A stretch of DNA of 64,000 nt, taken from positions 736 through 64,735 of the forward strand of contig JAYZFI010000028.1 of the NCBI GenBank assembly GCA_036336855.1, written 5' to 3'. The translations under genes and the position numbers were made by a program. Source of the DNA: Candidatus Latescibacterota bacterium. Its GTDB lineage: Bacteria; Latescibacterota; UBA2968; UBA8231. Under the pieces are notes generated by a model. It was not told the origin of the DNA. It ran no database searches and saw only the letters and a list, made by a program, of their open reading frames with translations. This document shows positions 27,986 through 37,441 of this stretch, in pieces; position 1 is the first letter of the stretch, and every line of letters starts with the position of its first letter.

Positions 27986-28001
27986 TGCAGGGACCTCCTC
28001 A

Positions 28002-28835
28002 TTATCGCGATTGCAACCGCGTCGCTGCCTGCTGAACCATCGCGAAGACGAGCAGGTTGGTGCCAAAACGCAACGACTGGGTGGATCCCGGGGCGTCCGG
28101 GAAGGCCCAGGCATAGCTGATATTGAGCTCGGAGAAGAGCACGGCCACACGGCCCCGATCCTCAATCATTTCTAGTTCGGTGACGCGATCGGCCAGCGGG
28201 TTGGCGCCTATGGCGCTGATCAGCGGTGGACCATCGGGGAAATTGAAAAGTGTAGAGTAGATGGGATGGCTCGTGGGCACGCGCCGCCAGGCGCGGCCGG
28301 CATCGCCGAGCACAGCAGATTCAGCGATCAATGCCTTGAGCTGGCGATCGAAAGGCGTGCCGGCAATGCCCAGGCCTTCGCCCTGGAAACCGTGGCCGCC
28401 GTGTGGGCGCACGTCCTCGGCGTAGAGCAGACCTCCGGAGCGCAGCAATTTTCCTAGATGGTTCTTCTCCGCCTGCGACAAACCCAGCGGCGTGGCGTTT
28501 CCGGTGAGGTAGAGCAGAAGTGCATCGGTTGAGACGGGATCGATGAGCCGCGCCGCGCGCTCCAAGAAGCGGGCATTCACGGGGCGCTGCTCGTTGGCAA
28601 AGGCGATGAGCTCAGGCAGGGCCGAAGCGAAGACATCGACCCCTTCGCGAGCCAGCGGATAGCGCACGGAGATCACAGTGTGGGTTGTCGTCATGGACAG
28701 CGAACGCCGCGTGGGCTCGGGCACTCTGACTTCGGGACGCTTTTCTTCTTGGTCGCCGTCCTCGGAGTTGGACGGCTGTGCGGGTGCCTGCGACGCGAGG
28801 CACAGGGCGACGGCAGTGCAGAAAAGGAGTTTCAC
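28002..28835 (-). CDS. secreted DUF4159-like protein
   Basis: From the GTG at 28835 the signal peptide is MKLLFCTAVALCLASQAPA. That GTG overlaps the sulfatase stop as GTGA. DUF4159-like blocks by eye: LLLYLTGNATPLGLSQAEKNHLGKLLRSGGLLYAED, SHPIYSTLFNF, VAVLFSELNISYAW. Confidence 0.5.
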   Translation of the reverse strand: MKLLFCTAVALCLASQAPAQPSNSEDGDQEEKRPEVRVPEPTRRSLSMTTTHTVISVRYPLAREGVDVFASALPELIAFANEQRPVNARFLERAARLIDPVSTDALLLYLTGNATPLGLSQAEKNHLGKLLRSGGLLYAEDVRPHGGHGFQGEGLGIAGTPFDRQLKALIAESAVLGDAGRAWRRVPTSHPIYSTLFNFPDGPPLISAIGANPLADRVTELEMIEDRGRVAVLFSELNISYAWAFPDAPGSTQSLRFGTNLLVFAMVQQAATRLQSR

Positions 28836-30220
28836 CGGTAGGCATCCGTGGGGTCCCACAGATAGTGCTTGCGCAGCTTTGCTGTGAGTTCGGTGACCGC
28901 ACCGAGATGGTCACCGACAACGTTGTGCACCTCTTCGGGATCGCTCTGCAGATGGTAGAGCTCGTTGCCCTCGCGTCCATTGTCGATCCACTTCCACTCC
29001 CGAGTTCGGACGCAGCGGAACCCGGCCAGAGCCGCTGCCTGCACCTCTCGGTGTTCTCGTTCCTCGCCGCGCAACACCGGCAGGAAGGAGCGCGCGTCGA
29101 TACCCTTCTGCTCGGGCAGGCCGGCGAGCTCGCAGAGGGTGGGGTTGAGATCGATGAGCTCCACCAAGGCGTCGCTCACCGCGCCGGCGGGCAGGCCCGG
29201 TCCGGCGAGGATGAGGGGAATGCGCAGCGATGCTTCGTAGGCGCAGGCCTTTGCGTAGAGGCCGTGGTCACCGAGCATCTCGCCGTGATCGGAGGAGAAC
29301 ACGATGACGGTGTCATCCATCATGCCGCGACGCTCGACAGCGTCAAGGATGAGCCCCACTTGATCATCGATGCACTCCACTGCCGCACTGTACTGACGTC
29401 GCGTGACTTCCACCTCCGCGGCGGAGAGCCCAAGATCGCGCTGGCGAATCCAGTTGGGCTTGCATTTCGCGTCTTCACAGTCGCCTGAGATCGCATCCGG
29501 CATGGAAATCTTTCTCCAGCGGCGGCTGTATTCTTCTGGTGGATCGAAGGGATCGTGGGGTCCGACAAAGCTGACGGACAGGTGCCACGGCGCGTCGTCA
29601 GAAATGTCATCGATCCACCGAGCCGAGCGCCGACCGATGTAGCAGTCCTCGAAGGCCTCGGTGGGCAGAACGGAATCGTGACACTGACGAATCGAGTCGC
29701 CCCTGCGCACTGCGTAATCCCTGTGGAAGGCTTTGAGCAGGCCGCACTGCGCGAGCCAGTTCGTGTACGGCCCGATGGGCGTGATTGAACTTCCGGCGTG
29801 CATCTTGCCCTCGCACTCTACAGGATGGGTAAAGCCCCAGGAGAATGTGCGCGGGAGGTCGCCGTCCCGGCCGTTGTAGCCGTCAGGTTTGGCGAGATCG
29901 AGCTTGCCCACACAGCCAACGCGGTAGCCACTGTCACGCAGTCGCGCGTAGTAGGGCGTCGTCTGCGGCGATAGCGGCAAGTAGGCATCGTTGCTCAACA
30001 CGCCGAAGCGTGGTGGTTCACAGCCGGAAGCCAGGCCGATGCGGGAAGGGGCGCAGAGAGGGGCGCTGGTGATCGTCTGGGTAAAGCGGGTGCCACGCGC
30101 CGCCAGCGCGTCGATGTGCGGTGTGCGGACGTGTCGGGCACCGTCGGTGGCGCAACCGAGCCAGTCGTGGCGGTGTTGGTCATCCATGATGAACAGCAAG
30201 TTAGGCCGCTTCCCGCTCAT
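28832..30220 (-). CDS. Cys-type sulfatase (arylsulfatase family), no signal peptide
   Basis: MSGKRPNLLFIMDDQHRHD, maturation motif LCAPSRIGLASG, VIVFSSDHGEMLGDHGLYAK. Confidence 0.87.
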   Translation of the reverse strand: MSGKRPNLLFIMDDQHRHDWLGCATDGARHVRTPHIDALAARGTRFTQTITSAPLCAPSRIGLASGCEPPRFGVLSNDAYLPLSPQTTPYYARLRDSGYRVGCVGKLDLAKPDGYNGRDGDLPRTFSWGFTHPVECEGKMHAGSSITPIGPYTNWLAQCGLLKAFHRDYAVRRGDSIRQCHDSVLPTEAFEDCYIGRRSARWIDDISDDAPWHLSVSFVGPHDPFDPPEEYSRRWRKISMPDAISGDCEDAKCKPNWIRQRDLGLSAAEVEVTRRQYSAAVECIDDQVGLILDAVERRGMMDDTVIVFSSDHGEMLGDHGLYAKACAYEASLRIPLILAGPGLPAGAVSDALVELIDLNPTLCELAGLPEQKGIDARSFLPVLRGEEREHREVQAAALAGFRCVRTREWKWIDNGREGNELYHLQSDPEEVHNVVGDHLGAVTELTAKLRKHYLWDPTDAYR

Positions 30221-31752
30221 GCGTATAACCCCACGTTGCTAAGCACCACCGGCCGCAGATCGGGGATTTCGGAATCGGCGGGGAAGTAGGGCCGTGGCAT
30301 GCGCTCAAGGGCGCGGCTCTTCAACGATGCCGGCGTTGGTCCCGGGGTATCCAGTACGTAGATGGCGGCGGCGTGATCCTCGTACACGTTGTGAAAGTTC
30401 ATCGGGTTCTTGGCGACAACGAACTTCACGTGAATTGGGTCGAGATCTACACTGCGCCACTGCTCGTCGGCCCAGTCGTAGGTGGCGTGGGTGGTGATCA
30501 GCACCAAGATCTCGCCGCAACGTAGCACCGCCGTGGGCCCCATGTCCCCTTCAACGCCGTCCCAGATCCCGCCACTGTAGACGAACTTTCCATCCGTCAC
30601 CTTGTGCACTTCGCCTGCGATGGTCATCGGTTCGCCCCATTGCGGATCCAGCCGATGGCCCAGCTGCAGACGGATCTCGGCTCCCACCCCGGCCCGATGG
30701 CACTTGGCAGCCGCATCTGGATCCACGACGGGTACCAAAGATGCCGCCGCTTCGTCGCCGAGCGCCAGCAACGCCTTCAAGCTCGCCACGCTGTCGCCAG
30801 AGGCCCCACCGCCGGCGCAATCTGCCGCCTCCACGAGCACGATGGGAATGCCCTCCACTTTCAGGCCGGCGGCGACTGCCTCTTCCGCGGAGTAGGTGTC
30901 GGGTTCGAGTTCGTGGCGCGCCTCCCAATAGGCGCCGGCGATGTCAGAGGCGAGCGCCTCGGCACGCTCCGCGTCGCCGTCGGTGATGACGAGGGCACCA
31001 CTACCCAGATGCGGCTGATCGAGGTAAGGGTGGACGAGAAAGAGGCTGGAGGATAGCACCCCTGGCCGACCTTCCAGCGCCTTGGTTTCGCGCATGAGCC
31101 GCGCGAAGGGGCCATCGCCGTCAGTGGATCCGTTGATGCCGCCGGTGAGCACGGGCACCTTGGCCATGGCCATGGTTGGTCGGCAATCCCCGGCGACGAT
31201 GTCGAGCAATAGCCGGGCGCCGCGCTCGCCCGTGGCGAGGGAATCGCGGTGAGGATAGGTCTCCCAGGCGACGATGCCGTGCGCCTGCTCCACCATATTG
31301 GCGGTCACGTGGGCGTGCAGATCCAGGGTGACGACGACGGGAATCTCTGGTCCCACGAAATCGCGCACGGTGCGCACGAGATCACCCTCGACATCGTCCA
31401 CACCGTCGGCGACAGCAGCGCCGTGCAGCAACAGTAACACCCCGTCCAAGGGCAACTCCGCCCGCAGGCGCTTCAGCAGCTCGGAGCGCAGGCGCTGGTA
31501 GCAGTCAGCGGTAATGTAGCTGCCGGGGCAGGTACTAGCGGCCAGCAGCGGCCGAATATCCGCTTGCCGTTGGCGAAGAGCCGACAGCGCACCGCCTACT
31601 ACACCGGTGTCGGTGGCGAGCATCTCGTTGCCCCAATGCAGGTTGTAGCGGGCGAACCAGCTGAGGTCTATGGGAGAGCCACCGAACTGATTGCACTCAG
31701 TGAGGATGGAGCCCACGGCGATTCGTGGTTGAGTGCTGGCAGAGGGGTTCAC
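30217..31752 (-). CDS. M81 family metallopeptidase (MlrC / microcystinase C-like, DUF1485)
   Basis: RIAVGSILTECNQFGG at the N-terminus. DGVLLLLHGAAVADGVDDVEGDLVRTVRDFVGPEIPVVVTLDLHAHVT and WETYPHRD are typical MlrC blocks. Confidence 0.75.
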   Translation of the reverse strand: MNPSASTQPRIAVGSILTECNQFGGSPIDLSWFARYNLHWGNEMLATDTGVVGGALSALRQRQADIRPLLAASTCPGSYITADCYQRLRSELLKRLRAELPLDGVLLLLHGAAVADGVDDVEGDLVRTVRDFVGPEIPVVVTLDLHAHVTANMVEQAHGIVAWETYPHRDSLATGERGARLLLDIVAGDCRPTMAMAKVPVLTGGINGSTDGDGPFARLMRETKALEGRPGVLSSSLFLVHPYLDQPHLGSGALVITDGDAERAEALASDIAGAYWEARHELEPDTYSAEEAVAAGLKVEGIPIVLVEAADCAGGGASGDSVASLKALLALGDEAAASLVPVVDPDAAAKCHRAGVGAEIRLQLGHRLDPQWGEPMTIAGEVHKVTDGKFVYSGGIWDGVEGDMGPTAVLRCGEILVLITTHATYDWADEQWRSVDLDPIHVKFVVAKNPMNFHNVYEDHAAAIYVLDTPGPTPASLKSRALERMPRPYFPADSEIPDLRPVVLSNVGLYA

Positions 31753-31764
31753 GCCGAAGCTTCG

Positions 31765-32748
31765 CTAATTCGCCGACAGGGCGTTTAGGATACCCCGCAT
31801 GTGACCGACGCAGTACGCGATGTACTGGCGCCCGTATTCGTCGTCAGAGGACAGCGTCATGATGTGGTCGTAGTCGATGGTGCCCTCGTAGCCTACTTCG
31901 TGTAGAGCGCTGGCGACCTCAAACATGTTGAGATCGCCAGCGTCTGGAATGTGCTCTTCGTACCAGCCGTCCTTGGGAATGGTGCCGTGCACGTTGCGGA
32001 AGTGGACGTGGAAGATCTTCGACCCGAAGCGCCGGATTCCCTCGAATACATCCTGCCCCGACTCGTAGCGTGTGCCCACACAGAACGTCATGCCGTTGTG
32101 ATCGGAAGGCACGGCGGTGAACAGCCGGTCGAAGGCATCGTAGTCGCAGAGGATCTGCGGCACCCCATAGAGCTCGGGTACTGGCGGGTCGTTGCCGTGC
32201 ATAGCGACATTGATTCCGTGCGACTCGCAGATGGGCACAACGGTCTCAAAGATCCTGATAGTACGCTCCCAGATCTGTTCTGCCGTCGGTGCGCCCTCCG
32301 GAGGCGGATGACCTTGGGCCTCGGTGACGTTCACCCGCAGGTGCCGGTAGCCGCCGCGGCCCTCGACGTACTCATGCATGGGTTTGGGAAAGTGACCAAA
32401 AGTAGAGGCCTGGAAACATTGTACCCCGTAGACAGGAAAGCCAAATTCGCCGGAAATTTCGGCGTTATTCGCGAGGTCGTCGAGTTCCTGTTCCGAGCCC
32501 TCGTGTCCGAGGAAAGTGTTCATGGTCTGGGCGCCGACGGAGTTGATGCGCTCAATGCTCAAGCCGGCGGTGTCGAGGATGTCCGCCGCCTGTTGCACCC
32601 CCTCCCGGGTCAGTCGATGATTCTTCGAGAACCCGGGAATCAGGTCCATGGTGATGTCGACGACGTCGACACCGATCTGCTTGAGGAAAGCGAGATCTCC
32701 GGGACGTTCTAACCAATCCGCGGAGATTCGAGTGCCGATCTTCATCAC
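31765..32748 (-). CDS. UxuA-like (mannonate dehydratase family) xylose-isomerase-type TIM barrel protein
   Basis: KIFHVHFRNVHGTIPKDGWYEEHIPDAGDLNMFEVASALHEVGYEGTIDYDH resembles the UxuA C-terminal HFRNV...E.F.D.G...GY.G...pDH block. Confidence 0.6.
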   Translation of the reverse strand: MMKIGTRISADWLERPGDLAFLKQIGVDVVDITMDLIPGFSKNHRLTREGVQQAADILDTAGLSIERINSVGAQTMNTFLGHEGSEQELDDLANNAEISGEFGFPVYGVQCFQASTFGHFPKPMHEYVEGRGGYRHLRVNVTEAQGHPPPEGAPTAEQIWERTIRIFETVVPICESHGINVAMHGNDPPVPELYGVPQILCDYDAFDRLFTAVPSDHNGMTFCVGTRYESGQDVFEGIRRFGSKIFHVHFRNVHGTIPKDGWYEEHIPDAGDLNMFEVASALHEVGYEGTIDYDHIMTLSSDDEYGRQYIAYCVGHMRGILNALSAN

Positions 32749-32795
32749 CGCACGGACTCCGGGTTTAGTAGGTGCACTTCGTGATTACCATTTGC

Positions 32796-33788
32796 TCATG
32801 GCGTTTTCGGATGGAGCTGATCCACCGCCTGAATCAGTGCTTTCATGTAGCCCACGCAGTGGGCGCGACCGCGATGGTGCCAAGGTGAGTCGCCCACGGT
32901 GGCGGGCACGTGATCGGGGATCATGAAGCCGTCGAAACCGAGCTTCTTGAGCAGCCTCACGATCTCGAAGGGATTCACCTGGCCGTCGTCGATGAAGCAC
33001 TCGTGGAAGTTGTCGGGCGTACCCTTCACGTCGCGGAAGTGGATGTAGACAATCTTTTGCTGGGGCACGAAGTAGCTCAGGCCCTTCACCACGTTGTCGT
33101 GACCACCCATCTCCGACCAGCAGCCCATGCAGAAGTCGAGGCCATGATTGGGGCTGTCGAAGGTGTCGAGACCGCGCTTGAAGCTTTCGAAATTGCCAAA
33201 GATGCGGGCCACCCCTCCCAGGGTGGGTACCGGTGGATCGTCGGGGTGGAGGGCCAGGCGCACGCCCGCCTCCTCTGCCACCGGAAGAATGCGCTCGAGG
33301 TACCAGCAGTAGTTGTCCCACATTTCCTCGGCGGTAAACTCGCGGCCAAAGGAGAGCGGCGCGTCGACGTGGGGCGCGAACTCAAAACGGCTCGCCTTGG
33401 CGCCTCCGCGCACCGTCGCCGGTTCCGGAGTGCGCCAGACCGAATTGGGAATCCAGTGGTAGCCGAGAATGGGAATGCCCACCTTTCCCATGTTGCGCAC
33501 CGTTGTCGCCATGTATTCGAGCTGTTGCTCCCGCCTGTTGAGGCCGAGCATAATCTTGTCGTAGAAAGAGATGGGCACGTTCTCCAGTGCCATGAGGCGC
33601 AGCTCGTACTGCTCGGCCTTGGCCTTGAGGGCGGCCAGGTCCGCTACCTCCCACTGGTGATCCCCAGACATTCTTGGGGTGTTCATCAAGAAATCGTCGC
33701 AGCCGATCTGCTTGATGAACTGGCACATCTCGTCGGTGAGCTCGTTGAACTGGCCAAGACCGATGCGCATGGACAGAGACATGGACAA
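32796..33788 (-). CDS. UxuA-like (mannonate dehydratase family) TIM barrel protein
   Basis: VGIPILGYHWIPNSVWRT and KIVYIHFRDVKGTPDNFHECFIDDGQVNPFEIVRLLKKLGFDGFMIPDHVP match UxuA-family blocks. Paralogous to the neighbouring gene. Confidence 0.65.
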   Translation of the reverse strand: MSMSLSMRIGLGQFNELTDEMCQFIKQIGCDDFLMNTPRMSGDHQWEVADLAALKAKAEQYELRLMALENVPISFYDKIMLGLNRREQQLEYMATTVRNMGKVGIPILGYHWIPNSVWRTPEPATVRGGAKASRFEFAPHVDAPLSFGREFTAEEMWDNYCWYLERILPVAEEAGVRLALHPDDPPVPTLGGVARIFGNFESFKRGLDTFDSPNHGLDFCMGCWSEMGGHDNVVKGLSYFVPQQKIVYIHFRDVKGTPDNFHECFIDDGQVNPFEIVRLLKKLGFDGFMIPDHVPATVGDSPWHHRGRAHCVGYMKALIQAVDQLHPKTP

Positions 33789-33837
33789 AGTAACCCGTTG
33801 ACAGCTTGATAAGAGACAGGCTGGTTAAGTAACTGGA

Positions 33838-34854
33838 ATGAGTGACAGAGACGCCGAAATCTCCCGCTTCGACTCGAAGCCATCAAGCTACGACGAAAGC
33901 GTCGCCTTCACCACGGACGACGACGTGAGTAGAACACCCGACAGCGCAGCGGTCCTGGTCTACTTTCGCGACCTGCAAGACTACATCTGCGCTGCGCTCG
34001 AGGAGGTAGAGGGTGGTGGTGCCAGCTTTCACGAGGACAACTGGGAGCGTGACGCCGGTGGTGGGGGCCAGACCCGGGTGCTGGCCGGCGAGACCATTGA
34101 GAAGGCGGGGGTGAACTTCTCCCACGTGATCGGGGACCACCTGCCGCCCTCGGCGTCGGCGCGGCGCCCAGATGTCGCGGGGCGTGGCTTCGAGGCTTCC
34201 GGGGTCTCCGTCATCGTCCATCCCCGCAATCCTTACGCCCCCACGTCACACGCCAACGTCCGGTTCTTCCTGTCCCGGGATCCCGAGGGCGACGCGCCGG
34301 ATGTCTGGTGGTTTGGCGGTGGCTTCGACCTCACCCCCTACTACGGCTTTCGCGAAGATGCCGCGCACTGGCACCGCACCGCCCGTGCCGCTTGCGCGCC
34401 CTTCGGCGCTGAGCTCTATCCGCGCCTCAAGCAGTGGTGTGACGAGTACTTCTACTTGAAGCACCGCGGCGAGCCGCGTGGCATCGGCGGCCTGTTCTTT
34501 GACGACTACGACGACGGTGGCTTCGACAGGGCCTTCGCCTTCATCCGCTCCGTGGGCGATTCCTTCATGCGGGCCTACGGACCCATCCTCGAGCGTCGCA
34601 TATGCACGCCGTACGGAGCGCGCGAGCGCGACTTCCAGCTCTACCGACGAGGCCGCTACGTGGAGTTCAACCTCGTTTATGACCGCGGCACACTGTTCGG
34701 GCTGCAGTCTGGAGGCCGCACCGAGTCGATCCTAGTGTCGCTGCCGCCGGAAGTGCATTGGCGCTACGATTATCAGCCCGATCCGGGCTCGGTCGAGGCC
34801 GAGTTTTGCGACATGTTCCTCAAGCCGCGCGATTGGGTGGCAGAGTCGGTGTAG
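33838..34854 (+). CDS. hemF: oxygen-dependent coproporphyrinogen III oxidase
   Basis: [85 protein letters not shown]. The N-terminal ~35 aa extension may mean a later start. Confidence 0.9.
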   Translation: MSDRDAEISRFDSKPSSYDESVAFTTDDDVSRTPDSAAVLVYFRDLQDYICAALEEVEGGGASFHEDNWERDAGGGGQTRVLAGETIEKAGVNFSHVIGDHLPPSASARRPDVAGRGFEASGVSVIVHPRNPYAPTSHANVRFFLSRDPEGDAPDVWWFGGGFDLTPYYGFREDAAHWHRTARAACAPFGAELYPRLKQWCDEYFYLKHRGEPRGIGGLFFDDYDDGGFDRAFAFIRSVGDSFMRAYGPILERRICTPYGARERDFQLYRRGRYVEFNLVYDRGTLFGLQSGGRTESILVSLPPEVHWRYDYQPDPGSVEAEFCDMFLKPRDWVAESV

Positions 34855-34970
34855 AGAACGAAGGGGGCGGTGCTGCCGACGATTCCGTCGGTTATCTGAT
34901 GTACAGCGATGTGTTGCGCTGCTCCGACGACGAAGAGGAGCGCCTGCAGGTCCCCGATAGGGACAGATAG

Positions 34971-35008
34971 AACGAGAAAACGGGGCCCGGTGAACACCGA
35001 GCCCCGTT
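34971..35008 (-). terminator. rho-independent terminator downstream of the cold-shock gene (possibly bidirectional)
   Basis: The minus-strand RNA reads CGGGGCUCGGU-GUUC-ACCGGGCCCCG, an 11-bp GC-rich stem with one G-U pair and a tetraloop. UUUUCUCGUUCU follows immediately. It lies 30 nt after the csp stop. Confidence 0.6.
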
Positions 35009-35037
35009 CTTGGTGCTAATGGCTTGCGGAATCGTGC

Positions 35038-35253
35038 CTAGCTACCTGGGGCAGTTACCCGCTCAGCGGACGGACCCTTTTCACCGTCGACGACGTCAAA
35101 CTCCACCTGCTGACCTTCGGCCAGCGTCCGGAACCCATCCATCTGGATGGCGGAGTGGTGAACAAACACGTCGGCGCCGTTCGCACGCTGAATGAAGCCG
35201 TAGCCTTTGGAGTCGTTGAACCATTTCACGGTTCCGACTTCGCGCTCGGCCAC
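35038..35253 (-). CDS. cold-shock protein, CspA family
   Basis: [15 protein letters not shown] (RNP-1) and DVFVHHSAI (RNP-2). The GTG at 35253 is preceded by AAGGAG with a 6-nt spacer and gives 71 aa. The track start at 35283 is less likely. Confidence 0.9.
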   Translation of the reverse strand: MAEREVGTVKWFNDSKGYGFIQRANGADVFVHHSAIQMDGFRTLAEGQQVEFDVVDGEKGPSAERVTAPGS

Positions 35254-35407
35254 ATCTGGCTCCTTCGCAAGGAGGTGAAACACTTTGTTGGACAGAGCGC
35301 AAATCGGACTGCACGCTGCTACCGCGTACTGCTACTGCCAACACGACAAAGACACCGCCATTCGTCGCCTTTTGGCGGGAGATCGAACTCTCGGTGACTC
35401 GCGGAGG

Positions 35408-35435
35408 AATGTACGGAATTCAAATGGGATTGCAA
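35408..35435 (-). promoter_or_regulatory. candidate sigma70-type promoter for the cold-shock gene (long ~150-nt leader)
   Basis: The minus strand reads TTGCAA, a 16-nt spacer, then TACATT. Each hexamer matches consensus at 4 of 6 positions. It lies ~155-180 nt upstream of the GTG, consistent with the long 5' UTRs of cspA-type genes. Confidence 0.3.
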
Positions 35436-35443
35436 TGCTGGTG

Positions 35444-37429
35444 TCAGCGTATCATCGCCGGTTCTTCTACATCGAAATCGTGATCGCGCACGGTGCCGTC
35501 ATCGGAGAAATCTCGCTTGGCCGTGCGCAGGTCGCGAAAGAGCTGAAACACGTCGCGCATGCCGCCGATGGTGAGCCAGACCATGATCGCCAGGGTGAGG
35601 ACAATGAAGAACACGGCGTTCACCCAGTAGTGGTAAGTGGTCCAGCCTTGGATGCTCACACCCGTAGTGAAAGCGGTGATCGTCATGATCAGCCAGAGGG
35701 CGAACAGCCCCATGGATTTCACGATGGTAAAGCCGTAGATGAGTTTGTCGCCGCGGGTGAAGTCGGCGTTGATACCTAGGGCGGTGTGCCAGTTAAAACG
35801 TTCTCGCACGGTGCGCCCACCCGTAGCACTGTGGTCCGAGGCGATGACGTAGTCCCCACGGTGCAGCATTTTATCGAGGTTGAAGCGCTTCTTGTCCAAC
35901 AGCGAAAAAATCAGGTAGAGAGTCCACGAGCAGCACATGGCGAAGAAGTAGACCTCCTGCCCGGTCAGCGCGAAATCCTCACCGGTCCAGTCGATCCACC
36001 AGTGCTCACAGATCATACCCGCGGTCGCCAGAATCGTGCCCGCAGTGAGGCCTGCGTAGGCACCGCGCGTCGTACCCCAAGCAGTGTACAAACCACCGAC
36101 GATGACGACTCCGGCACCGCCGAGCCAGAACGCCCCGGTCAATGCAAAGAACAGCAGAATGTCTTGAGTTTGCCGGTAGTAGGTGCTGAAGAGGAAGATG
36201 AAGACAGCGACGCCCAAGATCGAGAGCCGTAACAGTTTGAGATGCTGCCGCGTGTCGATTTCCTTGCCGCGGATGGGCAAGTACACATCCTGCACGAAAA
36301 TGCTGCCCCAAGAGTGTAGGTAGGTGTCGTGGGTGGAGATGAAGGCGGCAAACATCACTGCGGCAAAGGCGCCCATCAGACCGACCGGCATCCACAGGGT
36401 CATGGTGATGGGCGTGACCATCTGATCTCGCACCTGTTCGTCCGGGATCTGCTCCAGCAGCCCGTTCACCTGTGTCGCCCAGTCGGTGTAGTCGGGGTGG
36501 TGCATGATCATGTAGGCCACCAGCGGCAGTAGGGTCAGCGCCCACAATAAGGTGAAGCCGCGGAACTGACCCAGTACTCCTGCCATCTTCTGCTCGTGGG
36601 GAGTCTTCGCTGACACCTGATAGGCCTGTGAGCCCTGCCAGGCGTTGCGGTTGATGACCAGCCCGAACAGACTGATGAGAAAGTAGAACGGATCGAAGCC
36701 CTCGATATTGCCGGTGTCGAAGGGATCGAGCAACGATTTTCCGGGGTCGGCGATCTGCAAGCCCTCGAAGATCTTGTCCAGAGGAAACTCGACCAGAATC
36801 AAAATGAGGATGGTTGCCAGCACGATATTGACGAAGAACGACTGAAAGAAGTCAGTGACGAGGACGGCGATCTGACCGCCGGCGAAAGTGAAGTACAGGG
36901 AGAGACCCAGTAGCACGATGAGCAGAGTCTGATAGGTCGGCAGCTGAAGACTGAGGAAGGCGTAGGTCTCTGGCATGCCGGTGTAATGGATGAAGAAGTT
37001 GGCTCCCACAGAGGGAAAAATGCCGAAGTTGATGATGCCGGAGATCCAACAAATCGTCGCTGCGTAGGATCGGAACCTGCGGCCGTAGCGCATCTCTAAG
37101 AACTGTCCCAGCGTCATGGCTCGGGTTTCGCGATAGCGATAGGCGACCCAGCCGGTGAGCATGATCAGCAGTAGCACCGGCGCCTGTAGTTGGTCCCACC
37201 AGTTCGGGGCGAAGCCCGACTTGTACACCATCTGAAAGCGGGCGATGATGGATACCGCGCCAAGGCCGGCTACGCCATCGGCCATGGTCAGCAGGTAGCG
37301 GCCAGCGAGGCGGTTGGCGGCGAGAAAATCGCTGGTGGACTGGGTGTATTTCTTGGTGGAGTAGGCGAGAACGACAAAGAACACGGTGATAAGTCCCACC
37401 ACCGTCCAATCCACCCAGTGCATATACAT
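35444..37429 (-). CDS. sodium:solute symporter (SSS) family transporter, 661 aa
   Basis: About 14-15 hydrophobic segments. The N-terminal YSTKKYTQSTSDFLAANRLAGRYL is the typical SSS start (..dyflagR..g). The C-terminal extra helices and tail are longer than in typical ~500-550-aa members. Confidence 0.85.
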   Translation of the reverse strand: MYMHWVDWTVVGLITVFFVVLAYSTKKYTQSTSDFLAANRLAGRYLLTMADGVAGLGAVSIIARFQMVYKSGFAPNWWDQLQAPVLLLIMLTGWVAYRYRETRAMTLGQFLEMRYGRRFRSYAATICWISGIINFGIFPSVGANFFIHYTGMPETYAFLSLQLPTYQTLLIVLLGLSLYFTFAGGQIAVLVTDFFQSFFVNIVLATILILILVEFPLDKIFEGLQIADPGKSLLDPFDTGNIEGFDPFYFLISLFGLVINRNAWQGSQAYQVSAKTPHEQKMAGVLGQFRGFTLLWALTLLPLVAYMIMHHPDYTDWATQVNGLLEQIPDEQVRDQMVTPITMTLWMPVGLMGAFAAVMFAAFISTHDTYLHSWGSIFVQDVYLPIRGKEIDTRQHLKLLRLSILGVAVFIFLFSTYYRQTQDILLFFALTGAFWLGGAGVVIVGGLYTAWGTTRGAYAGLTAGTILATAGMICEHWWIDWTGEDFALTGQEVYFFAMCCSWTLYLIFSLLDKKRFNLDKMLHRGDYVIASDHSATGGRTVRERFNWHTALGINADFTRGDKLIYGFTIVKSMGLFALWLIMTITAFTTGVSIQGWTTYHYWVNAVFFIVLTLAIMVWLTIGGMRDVFQLFRDLRTAKRDFSDDGTVRDHDFDVEEPAMIR

Positions 37430-37441
37430 AGAGAGCTCTCT

